Below are positions 41,791 through 49,913 of a stretch of DNA of 64,000 bases, piece by piece. The notes beneath the pieces were generated by a model. The model made no database searches, was not told the origin of the DNA, and saw only the letters and a list, made by a program, of their open reading frames with translations. The stretch's first letter is position 1; each line of letters opens with the position of its first letter. The position numbers and the translations under genes are program-made. Source of the stretch: Bacteroidota bacterium (GTDB lineage: Bacteria; Bacteroidota; Bacteroidia; 2-12-FULL-35-15); contig JAHEXZ010000019.1 of NCBI GenBank assembly GCA_023251835.1, positions 9,168 through 73,167 of the forward strand. Reading direction: 5' to 3'.

Positions 41791-42241
41791 CAGGAGAAGG
41801 GCCATTTGCTGCACTCATCATAGCCTGCTGACATTTTTCACAGAATGGAGCCCCGGTATCGGCAGCTTGTTTTAAAGCAGTTACCTGAGAGAGTTCAGGC
41901 ACTACAGTAACCATCTCCAGCAACATCTGAAGTGGCATACCTCCTGAATTTTCACCGATTAATACAGTAGGGCATCCTACAACAATAGCTCCACCGTGTG
42001 CACATTTATCGCCTAAACGAGCTGCCGGCTTTCCACCTATGAAAACACCGGTTGAGCCCTTAACAATAGTATCAGGAGGGCCTGTACATACACACATATC
42101 CGTCATAACTGCTGCCGGCATACCTCCTATTAAAACTGTAGGACATCCCGGACCAATGATTGGGCCGCCAACATGCGGAACGGTTCCTGTTACCATTGGG
42201 CAGGTATGCATATCACCTATTCTTGCTGCCGGCTTTCCCAT
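41771..42241 (-). CDS. PAAR spike-tip protein with C-terminal extension
   Basis: PAARIGD.HTCP, MPAA, KPAARLGD..AHGG; tail ending AADTGAPFCEKC. Confidence 0.93.
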   Translation of the reverse strand: MGKPAARIGDMHTCPMVTGTVPHVGGPIIGPGCPTVLIGGMPAAVMTDMCVCTGPPDTIVKGSTGVFIGGKPAARLGDKCAHGGAIVVGCPTVLIGENSGGMPLQMLLEMVTVVPELSQVTALKQAADTGAPFCEKCQQAMMSAANGPSPAVLEKK

Positions 42242-42292
42242 TCGTTTAATTTTACAGGTTTATATTATTATAATAATTCCATAATAAAGTTT

Positions 42293-42650
42293 TTATGGGC
42301 ATATCCAAAGTGATACTCTGGTTAAAATAACTCCTGTGCCACTGGTAGGGAGGTTAAACTCATCACCATACAGAAGTTTGGTACCATCCCATAACGAAAA
42401 ATGTCCGGTTGCATCGCTCCAACCACTTACATCAAATGCAATGATTCCTTTTTTATTATAGAAATCAACTTGTCGTATTTTGGTTCCTTTTTCAATAATA
42501 GTAGGTGACCCGAACACATTATGCATATATTTTTTTAGTTCCGCCACCCTATATCCGTATAGCAAACCATCGCCTCCCTTTATAACCTCCATACCATGTC
42601 CTCGCTTTATCCTGTATGCTACACCGGCATAATTTAATGCTTTAGAATGT
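42293..42650 (-). pseudogene. Truncated Tae4-like peptidoglycan amidase effector
   Basis: SKALNYAG...YRV.EL...KGII.F...GWSDATGHFSLWDG; an in-frame TGA just upstream removes the N-terminal catalytic Cys motif. Confidence 0.72.
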
Positions 42651-42667
42651 ATAAATTGCTCCTCTCA

Positions 42668-42698
42668 CAAAGATATAAAAAGGAGAGGACAAATCAAA
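42668..42698 (-). promoter_or_regulatory. Primary-sigma promoter for the effector cassette
   Basis: Minus strand TTTG-N19-TATCTTTG. Confidence 0.5.
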
Positions 42699-43010
42699 TT
42701 TTCATTCCTTAAGAAGAAACTGAACAAAATTAATTTTACTGGCGTTTCCTGATAAATTAATCAAACTCAAAACTGAGTTGAAAGCTATTATTCTCAAAGA
42801 TAATATTTTTCTAAAAAGGGTAATCACTTGATTTGAGTAGATTGTAGATTCCAGTAGCCATAGCGCAACAAAAGAAAACAGGTACAGCAAAAAACCTTTT
42901 AGGAAGGATGAATAACTTTTCTTTCATTACCTTCAATTTTAAGCTATCCCCCATATAAATCATTGCAAAATATACGACAGCCATTACAAAAGCTCTTTAT
43001 AATTAGAATT

Positions 43011-43583
43011 TTATTGAACTGCATGAATAATTACAGCAATTAAAGGAGGGATAACCCCTGCTATTATAAGCCATTTACCTCGTTTTGTAATTCCATATTT
43101 ACCTTTTAGAATAAAAAGTCCTGTTATATTTATTACAATGAGCATAAAAGCAAAAACATCAGATGCCCATTTCCAGCCTTTGAGGCTATTACGATGGATT
43201 ACATTGGTTTGATAAAAAAATGGCCGCTTTGAAACTCGTTCATATATTCCTTTTCTTGTTGTGAAATTAAGGTGCAATGAAGCATTGTCATAATAAATTT
43301 TTATTTGATCGGAAGTTGGAAAGTCGGCTATTTTATATTTGTTTTCACCAACCAATTTCCCGAATTCATTGATTTGTTTTTCTCCTGTTTCGGCTCTTGT
43401 TAAAGAGGCTGGAATTGTTATTGTATTTTTAGTTATTATAAAATCAGGGTTCCAGTCGTCCACATGATTTAGTGCAATTCCGGAAATACAATACACTAGA
43501 ATGAGAGATGAGAAAAAGTATCCGAGGTCGCGATGTGTAGCAGCATTGAGCCTCCTGATTTTTATTTTTTTCCAATCAAACAT
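43011..43583 (-). CDS. PepSY-associated TM helix protein
   Basis: HRDLGYF...YCISGIALNH, second His (NVIHRN), W.W.SD.FA...ITGL. Confidence 0.85.
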   Translation of the reverse strand: MFDWKKIKIRRLNAATHRDLGYFFSSLILVYCISGIALNHVDDWNPDFIITKNTITIPASLTRAETGEKQINEFGKLVGENKYKIADFPTSDQIKIYYDNASLHLNFTTRKGIYERVSKRPFFYQTNVIHRNSLKGWKWASDVFAFMLIVINITGLFILKGKYGITKRGKWLIIAGVIPPLIAVIIHAVQ

Positions 43584-43588
43584 ATTTG

Positions 43589-44557
43589 TTAATTCATTGC
43601 ATTTGTTTGAATTTTGTTTGTATATTCCTTAGCAATAGCTATTACCCAGGCTTCTATGTTTGAATCAGGAAGAATTGCATCGGGTTTATAAAGAACTTTT
43701 TCACTATTATTTTTTACTTTTTCAATACCACCACCAATAATTTTTATCTGAAAATTTTCATCATGTGCCACAAGAACGGGAATAACAAGGGCAACTTCTT
43801 TTTTCTTAAGCACATTGTTTATAGTTTTTGTGGTTTCTTCGGGGTTATAGCGGGCAATATGTCCGCACCAACCATACGTATGTTCTGTAATTCCTTTATG
43901 TTGTTTTACAAATTCTGCTACTTTATTGAACAGTTCACCCCACTCTTTATCATAGGTTTCATCACCGTATCCAATAAGAACCAATCCTTCTTTTTCAGGA
44001 TTTTTTGATAACGCTTCCGTACGTCTTAATACATTTTTTTGTAAGATGTCAGTAAAGTCTAACAATGGAGTCATGTGCGTTTTGGCTTTAGGCGTGTAAC
44101 GTTCTATCTTTTCAATTTTTAGCATTTCCATTGATTGAGGATCTTCTTTTTGCCCTATAATTGTTGGAATATCTTCAAATGAGTGAGGACTAACGGTTAA
44201 GAATACCGGAACAATTATTATATCGGTGAAACCTTCTTTATCAAACTCTTTTAAGCGTGTGGCAATTGACGGTTCAGTATATTCCATGAAAGCGGTTTTG
44301 ATTCCTTTTACCTCACCACTTTTTAAAACGGAGTCAGTGACATTTTTTTCGAGCTCTAATAACGCATTTCTCCATGTCTCGGAACGTGAGCCATGATTAA
44401 CCAACAAAAGGCCAATCTTTTGGTTTTCAGATTCTACTGATGCTTTTAATTTATCATTTGTACTGTCGGTTTGGCAGGAATGAAAGGTAATGATAATTAA
44501 TAAGGCACTTAAAACGTTAAGGGCAGTTTTAATTTTTTTTGATTTTATATTTTCCAT
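43589..44557 (-). CDS. CbiX-like (class II) chelatase lipoprotein
   Basis: Lipobox FHSC; LLVNHGSR, AFMEY.EPSI, VPVFL...H motifs; ATG at 44557 preferred over 44587. Confidence 0.8.
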   Translation of the reverse strand: MENIKSKKIKTALNVLSALLIIITFHSCQTDSTNDKLKASVESENQKIGLLLVNHGSRSETWRNALLELEKNVTDSVLKSGEVKGIKTAFMEYTEPSIATRLKEFDKEGFTDIIIVPVFLTVSPHSFEDIPTIIGQKEDPQSMEMLKIEKIERYTPKAKTHMTPLLDFTDILQKNVLRRTEALSKNPEKEGLVLIGYGDETYDKEWGELFNKVAEFVKQHKGITEHTYGWCGHIARYNPEETTKTINNVLKKKEVALVIPVLVAHDENFQIKIIGGGIEKVKNNSEKVLYKPDAILPDSNIEAWVIAIAKEYTNKIQTNAMN

Positions 44558-44597
44558 AGGGGGATTGAAGATATTATTGCATTGCATTAGTTCTATT

Positions 44598-44655
44598 GTT
44601 ATACTTCGGCTGAATGAGTTTGGAAATAAAATGCAAACCCATTCACTCAGTATAT
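44598..44655. repeat. ~57-bp palindromic repeat element, copy 2
   Basis: gttatacttcggctgaatgagtttg...caaacccattcactcagtata matches 16855-16911. Confidence 0.75.
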
Positions 44656-44889
44656 ATTACAAAGATATTACGATTTAGAAATGATACCAATACCATAAAA
44701 ATGGTAATTTGGAAAAAGAATGAAAAACTATTTAGCTATTCAGTAATCGAAAGTAATATCGATACGGTATCTGTAATAGTCCAATGCGCATAAGGCTTTT
44801 GGCCTATAACAGCTACTCTATCGGCATTAACCATTCTAAAGTTTAAAATGCCCTTTGGACTATTTTGAACTAAGAATTGGTATAATAAG

Positions 44890-45372
44890 CTACTGCTCTA
44901 TTTTTAACTTATTTATCGCTTTTAATGGGCCGGGACAATGCTGCGAGTGGCAATTTGCACAAGCTGTAATTACTGCATTGTAATTTTGGGTGAGTTCTCC
45001 TTTAGGCGAGTTATAAAGGGTTTGAAGACTATTGATATAATTAGTTGCAAAACCCTCAAATGATTCTTTTTTTGTATCTGAGTCGGTTGGTGTTGCGGTG
45101 TGTATTTTTAAAAATTCTTCCGGAAATTTTTCCGGCAACTCTCTCTTTTTAATTTTTTCTTTCAGGCTTTCGGCAGAACTCTTCATTTCCCGCATCAGTA
45201 AAGCCAGCTCACTGTCACCATTCGGGTTAAGTGGCTTTTCAGAACAGGAAATTTTAGTTGTTTCTGCTTCTTTGACAGGTTGTTTTTCATTGCCGGTACA
45301 TTGGGAAAGCAACAAAACAACAGACATTAAAAACAGAACAACAGAAAGTTTATTTTTTAGGGGCTGCTTCAT
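44890..45372 (-). CDS. Cytochrome c (c'-like, C-terminal CxxCH) lipoprotein
   Basis: Lipobox-like LSQC; NPNGDSELALLMR; CANCH near the C-terminus. Confidence 0.75.
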   Translation of the reverse strand: MKQPLKNKLSVVLFLMSVVLLLSQCTGNEKQPVKEAETTKISCSEKPLNPNGDSELALLMREMKSSAESLKEKIKKRELPEKFPEEFLKIHTATPTDSDTKKESFEGFATNYINSLQTLYNSPKGELTQNYNAVITACANCHSQHCPGPLKAINKLKIEQ

Positions 45373-45862
45373 TTTGTAAAATAACACCATTTGCTTCGAA
45401 TGATATATTTATTTCAGGTTCTGTAATTTTTGCAATTTCTTCTTTTGTTTGTCCGGCATCTTCGGCATAATGCTGTAGCTCTGCAACCGATGTAGTATCT
45501 CTATATGCAAGACCTTCAATAAAAACAGTTTTTCCTGCTGCGTCTTTTGGCATAAAAAAGGCGTAATCCTTAAAACGAACCTTCATTGACTGGTTGTTTC
45601 CAATACTCAGGTTCATCCAGCAACCTTTTTTCTGGCAAACGTCTTCAATAGTTCCGGTAAGTTTTATTTCTATCGAATCTTTTCCATTCATTTTTGCAAT
45701 AAGCTGGTCAGCACTGATGGCTGCATCCTGAGTAATACTGTCACCAAAATATTCCAATGTTAATCCGGCTGCTGCTATTTGCTCATTGTTCTCGGGCTGG
45801 TGATTGGTACAGGCTGTGAGTAGAGTGATACCAAGTGCTGAAAGAAATACTGTATTTTTCAT
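45350..45862 (-). CDS. DUF4920 family lipoprotein
   Basis: LTAC lipobox; VCQKKGCWM, VRFKDYAFF.P, L.HYAEDAG. Confidence 0.85.
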   Translation of the reverse strand: MKNTVFLSALGITLLTACTNHQPENNEQIAAAGLTLEYFGDSITQDAAISADQLIAKMNGKDSIEIKLTGTIEDVCQKKGCWMNLSIGNNQSMKVRFKDYAFFMPKDAAGKTVFIEGLAYRDTTSVAELQHYAEDAGQTKEEIAKITEPEINISFEANGVILQNEAAPKK

Positions 45863-45994
45863 TGTTTTTAAGTTATGCGTTAAATAAAACAGGGCACAAA
45901 AGTAGAAATATTTATATATACTACACGTATAAATAAAGTAAAACTTTCACTGATTATAGATTCTGAAAAAGAGAGCAGTTATATATTCCAGGTA

Positions 45995-46759
45995 TCAATC
46001 CGAAAGGTTGGCAATTTTTACAAGTTCTTTATTATTTAAAATTTTAATCTTTTTTCCGATAAGATTAACAACTTTACTTTTATGAAATTCAGATAGAACT
46101 CTTATAGCGGTTTCTGTGGTAGTTCCGGCAATGTTGCCTATGCTTTCACGTGTAAGAACGGTGTTTATAGTTAAGTTATCCGGTTCTAACCCAAAAAATT
46201 CCTTTAACATCAATATAGTTTCTGCAATTCGTTCCCGTACCTGTTTCTGAACCATGTTTACAGCCTTTTGCTCGGCATTTTTTAAATCGGACGATAGTAA
46301 CTTGATAATTTGTATGGAAAGCGATGGGTTTGCAATAATCTGGTTTTGATAAGTTGCCTTAGGAAAAAAACATATTAGCGAATCTTCTATTGCTGTGGCT
46401 GAAGCATGATAATTGTCTTCGCTTAAAAGAGCACGGTAACCTATAACATTACCTTTTTTGGCAAGACGTAAAATCTGCTCTTTACCATCGTGCCCGAGTT
46501 TATGAATCTTTACTTTTCCTGAATACATACAGTATAATCCATGCGGATAGTTCCCTTCATAAAAAATAATCTGTCCTTTTTTATAGGAAATATGCGATTT
46601 ACTTTCCGAGAGAGCAGACAATTCCAGTTTGTTTAAAACACAAAAAATGGAATTAACCGATGACTCACACTTATCACATGGTGGAACTTCTTTTTGTTTA
46701 TTTTTAGGAATCAACATTGCTGAACATTTAGTATACGCAAAATTGTGGTTATTTATCAT
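45995..46759 (-). CDS. Crp/Fnr family transcriptional regulator with N-terminal Cys cluster
   Basis: CDKC...C, KKGQ.IF.EG..P.GLYC, HTH IAGTTTETAIR.LS; true start may be 46717. Confidence 0.92.
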   Translation of the reverse strand: MINNHNFAYTKCSAMLIPKNKQKEVPPCDKCESSVNSIFCVLNKLELSALSESKSHISYKKGQIIFYEGNYPHGLYCMYSGKVKIHKLGHDGKEQILRLAKKGNVIGYRALLSEDNYHASATAIEDSLICFFPKATYQNQIIANPSLSIQIIKLLSSDLKNAEQKAVNMVQKQVRERIAETILMLKEFFGLEPDNLTINTVLTRESIGNIAGTTTETAIRVLSEFHKSKVVNLIGKKIKILNNKELVKIANLSD

Positions 46760-46766
46760 AATAAAA

Positions 46767-46782
46767 TATGATGTAAATCATA
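46767..46782. promoter_or_regulatory. FNR-type box upstream of the Crp/Fnr gene
   Basis: Palindrome TATGAT-GTAA-ATCATA. Confidence 0.6.
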
Positions 46783-46855
46783 AAACCGCCAAAGATGTGT
46801 GATTTTTTGATGTTTTGTGAATCAATGTATGAAGCATAAACGTAGAGGAGATTTC

Positions 46856-47317
46856 TCACTCAATTCGGCTTGTTCTTCTTATTAGAGCCTCTTTGTATTG
46901 TTTTTTTTCTGTTTCGGTGATAGGTTTTAGTGGAGGAACAGCAGTTGGTCTTGCATTAGCATCAAGTGCAACAAATGTAAAATAAGCTTTATTGGCCAGT
47001 GTAGGTTTTAGTTCAGGAAGACGTTTAGTCCATACTTCAGCATAAATCTCCATAGACGTTTTAAAAGCTCTTGTAATTTTTGCTTTTATTGTTAGTATAT
47101 CTCCCAGCTTTGCCGGTGCTTTAAAAGATACCTTATCAATAGATGCTGTTACAGCTATCTTGCTTGAATGTGTTTGAGCACAAATAGCGCAGGCTATATC
47201 CATTAGCTGTATAATTCTTCCTCCCTGTATTATACCCATAGGATTAGTATCATTCGGAAAAACAACTTCCGTCATAATAATTTCTGAATCCCCTGGTGTT
47301 TTTATTGGTTTACTCAT
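46856..47317 (-). CDS. Acyl-CoA thioesterase (hotdog fold, YciA-like)
   Basis: VFPNDTN..G...GG....MD, VTAS.D.VSF..P..G, F.TSME, FTFVALD. Confidence 0.9.
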   Translation of the reverse strand: MSKPIKTPGDSEIIMTEVVFPNDTNPMGIIQGGRIIQLMDIACAICAQTHSSKIAVTASIDKVSFKAPAKLGDILTIKAKITRAFKTSMEIYAEVWTKRLPELKPTLANKAYFTFVALDANARPTAVPPLKPITETEKKQYKEALIRRTSRIE

Positions 47318-47750
47318 ATTTATTTACAGAAACCGGAGCTTCCCAGATTATTTTTTTTCCCAACCCCAGTGTATTGTCTGTCATTTTTACATGCAAAAGT
47401 TTTATGCCCCATAGTTCTCCCTTCATTGGTAAAGCAAATGGAAACATCTTATAATAGGCTCTTTTCGCTTTTACAGATAAGCTGCCGGTAAACGTCATAA
47501 ACTTTCCTGTAAACTGGATTCCTTTTATAGTTCCTATTTTGCTTACATCGGGAATAATTGTGCCTGCAACGTTGTTATTAAGCAGGGCATTGCAAATGTG
47601 CAGTGTTTCTCTTGCAGATTTGAATACAAGAAGATTATCGCTTTCTAAGTATGCATAAAAACAATTAGCGCAATAAGGACTATCATTCACTGCAGTACAC
47701 AAAGTCATATTTTTCTGGCTTTCTATAAAAGAAACTATTTTTTTATCCAT
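47310..47750 (-). CDS. Pyridoxamine-5'-phosphate oxidase-like protein (YhbP-like)
   Basis: PYCANCFY, T.H, VAGTI, IKGIQF.G, KMTDN.LG.GKK..W. Confidence 0.8.
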   Translation of the reverse strand: MDKKIVSFIESQKNMTLCTAVNDSPYCANCFYAYLESDNLLVFKSARETLHICNALLNNNVAGTIIPDVSKIGTIKGIQFTGKFMTFTGSLSVKAKRAYYKMFPFALPMKGELWGIKLLHVKMTDNTLGLGKKIIWEAPVSVNKYE

Positions 47751-47757
47751 ACTATGC

Positions 47758-47991
47758 TTATAACTTTTTTATTTGTATACAATTTACGGGGCAGTTAACT
47801 ACTGCTTTTTTATTTTCTTCCAGCTCATCATCACCAACAGTTATTAAATAAGTGTCTTTTACTTTTTTACCACCTATTAAAACACTTTTCCCGTCTTTTC
47901 TTGACATTCTCCATCTTGAATAAGAGGCTTCAGCACAAGCATAACATCCGATACATTTATTCCGATACTGAATTATCTGTATCATTTGCAT
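47758..47991 (-). CDS. Small ferredoxin
   Basis: KCIGCYAC...CPVNCI; overlaps the U32 gene end. Confidence 0.88.
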   Translation of the reverse strand: MQMIQIIQYRNKCIGCYACAEASYSRWRMSRKDGKSVLIGGKKVKDTYLITVGDDELEENKKAVVNCPVNCIQIKKL

Positions 47992-49216
47992 TTATAATTT
48001 TATATAATTTATCAGACGGGCGTATTTTATCTTTTAAGGGCATGGAAAACACATCACCCTTCTTTACACAATTCACAGCAGCGTCCTGTACCCGTAATTC
48101 TTCTACCTTGGTTTGAATTACACCAGTTGTTGGCCCTGTTATCAATACGGTATCTCCAACCGAAAGCTGGTTAGATTCTAATTTAAATTCACCGGCTTTC
48201 TTCTGGCTGTAATATTTCATTCCTTTGCCAACATATATTTTTCTTTGTGTAGCCTTTGAACCATATTCATCAGTCCATTCGCCCATTGTTTTTCCTAAAT
48301 AATATCCTTCCCAGAATCCCCTGTTGAAAACGGTTGATAATTCTTTTTTCCATTCGGAAACACGTTTTTCGTTATAAGTTTCCTTGTAATAGGAATCGAT
48401 AGCTTCACGGTAACATTTAGTTGTTGTATATACATAATCAGCAGAACGTCCTCTTCCTTCAATCTTTAAAATGTCAATACCACTTTCAATCAGTTTATCA
48501 ATAAAGTCGATGGTGCATAAATCTTTTGCTGACATGATGTATTCATTATCAACTTCAAATTCAATTCCTTCTTCTTTATCTTTTACAACATAAGCTCTTC
48601 TGCAATTTTGAATACATGCTCCCCTGTTTGCTGAAGCATAATTGGAATGCAGACTTAAATAACATTTGCCTGATATGGCCATGCATAAGGCCCCATGTGC
48701 AAATAGTTCAATCTTAATAAGCTCTCCGGAAGGACCTTTGATATTATAACGCTTTATTTGTTTAACAATATCTCCAACTTGCCGTAGGGTCAATTCTCTG
48801 GCTAATACAACAGTATCTGCATATTCTGAATAAAACTTTATGCTTTCTATATTGCTGACATTTGCCTGTGTAGATATATGAACCGGCATTTCTGCTTTTT
48901 TGGCATGATATAAAACTGCCTGGTCGCTGGCAATTACGGCACTGATTCGATTTTCCTTTGCCACTTTTATGATATTCTTCATTAAAGAAATATCATGGTC
49001 ATAGATGATTGTATTTAATGTAAGATATGTTTTTACCTTTTGTTTTGAACAGATTTTAGAGATTTCAGCCAAATCATCAGTAGAAAAATTATTACTTGAC
49101 CTTGCCCGCATATTTAATTGTTCAATTCCAAAATAAACAGCATCTGCTCCACCCTGAATAGCAGCTTTTAAAGATTCAAACGATCCTGCCGGAGACATTA
49201 ATTCTACTCGTTTCAT
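47957..49216 (-). CDS. Peptidase U32 family Fe-S protein (TrhP/UbiU-type hydroxylase family)
   Basis: ELMSPAG, GADAVYFG, HISTQAN, HGALCMAISGKC...NRGAC.Q.CRR, LKIEGR. Confidence 0.92.
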   Translation of the reverse strand: MKRVELMSPAGSFESLKAAIQGGADAVYFGIEQLNMRARSSNNFSTDDLAEISKICSKQKVKTYLTLNTIIYDHDISLMKNIIKVAKENRISAVIASDQAVLYHAKKAEMPVHISTQANVSNIESIKFYSEYADTVVLARELTLRQVGDIVKQIKRYNIKGPSGELIKIELFAHGALCMAISGKCYLSLHSNYASANRGACIQNCRRAYVVKDKEEGIEFEVDNEYIMSAKDLCTIDFIDKLIESGIDILKIEGRGRSADYVYTTTKCYREAIDSYYKETYNEKRVSEWKKELSTVFNRGFWEGYYLGKTMGEWTDEYGSKATQRKIYVGKGMKYYSQKKAGEFKLESNQLSVGDTVLITGPTTGVIQTKVEELRVQDAAVNCVKKGDVFSMPLKDKIRPSDKLYKIINANDTDNSVSE

Positions 49217-49379
49217 CTGTTTATTTTTATTTTTTAATTATTGTCAGTACCTGTTCCGAATTTAATTCGGAATGGAATGTCCATAAATAACCGTTGCCGG
49301 TTGGTATGATAATACTTGTGGACATTTCATAATTTTTCTTTGAAACGCTAAATATGGCGTTTTTTTAGTGAAAAAGAAA

Positions 49380-49393
49380 ATGATTTATATCAA
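49380..49393. promoter_or_regulatory. FNR-type box upstream of the U32 operon
   Basis: ATGAT-TTAT-ATCAA (TTGAT-N4-ATCAT on the minus strand). Confidence 0.55.
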
Positions 49394-49398
49394 TTTAA

Positions 49399-49558
49399 GA
49401 GGTTGTTTAAATTTATTTTATGAAAATATTATAGCGTATTTTTGAGCGAAACGAGGCAAATTTTGCAGCCATAGTGGACGAACTATGGCGAAAAATTTAA
49501 CGAAGTTGCAGCCAAAAAGACGCATAAGAATAAAATTAAATAAATTTTAAACAACCTC
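49399..49558. mobile_element. 160-bp MITE with IS5-like ends and a TAA target duplication
   Basis: TAA|GAGGTTGTTTAAA ... TTTAAACAACCTC|TAA; internal hairpin gccatagt...actatggc. Confidence 0.8.
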
Positions 49559-49677
49559 TAAAGGTAATACCAGTATAGTGTAGAAAATTACTTCCCGAAA
49601 CGCTATATCAATTGGTATTAAATAACTGATGTTACGCAAAATTTATATCTAATTCAGAATATCTCTATATTTCCACC

Positions 49678-49759
49678 TGTCATTTCGAACGCAGTGAGAA
49701 ATCCTGTCAATCAATTGCAAAGATTTCTCTTCCTGCTTTCAGCAGGATTCGAAATGACA
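49678..49759. repeat. REP doublet (GTCATTTCGAA...TTCGAAATGAC family), copy 1
   Basis: tgtcatttcgaa..gtgagaaatc ... gatttctc..ttcgaaatgaca; related copy at 59789. Confidence 0.7.
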
Positions 49760-49913
49760 ATGATTATGATTATGAATTATTTAAAGCAGTCATTTTTATT
49801 GTCTTTTTGAGAAAATTACCCTTTATCAATTCTTTTGTCCATTACAAGTATAAAAGTCTATCATTTTTAAATCTTTTTCTTTGCGTAACATGAGTGAAAT
49901 AACGATGAAGGAA

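Noticed and set aside
41771-41834. Programmed frameshift making a PAAR-HD fusion
   Set aside because: No canonical X XXY YYZ slippery site, and the HD part lacks its metal-binding half, so a deletion scar is simpler
42702-42890. 62-aa minus-strand ORF
   Set aside because: No recognisable motif and a non-ATG start; likely spurious or degraded DNA
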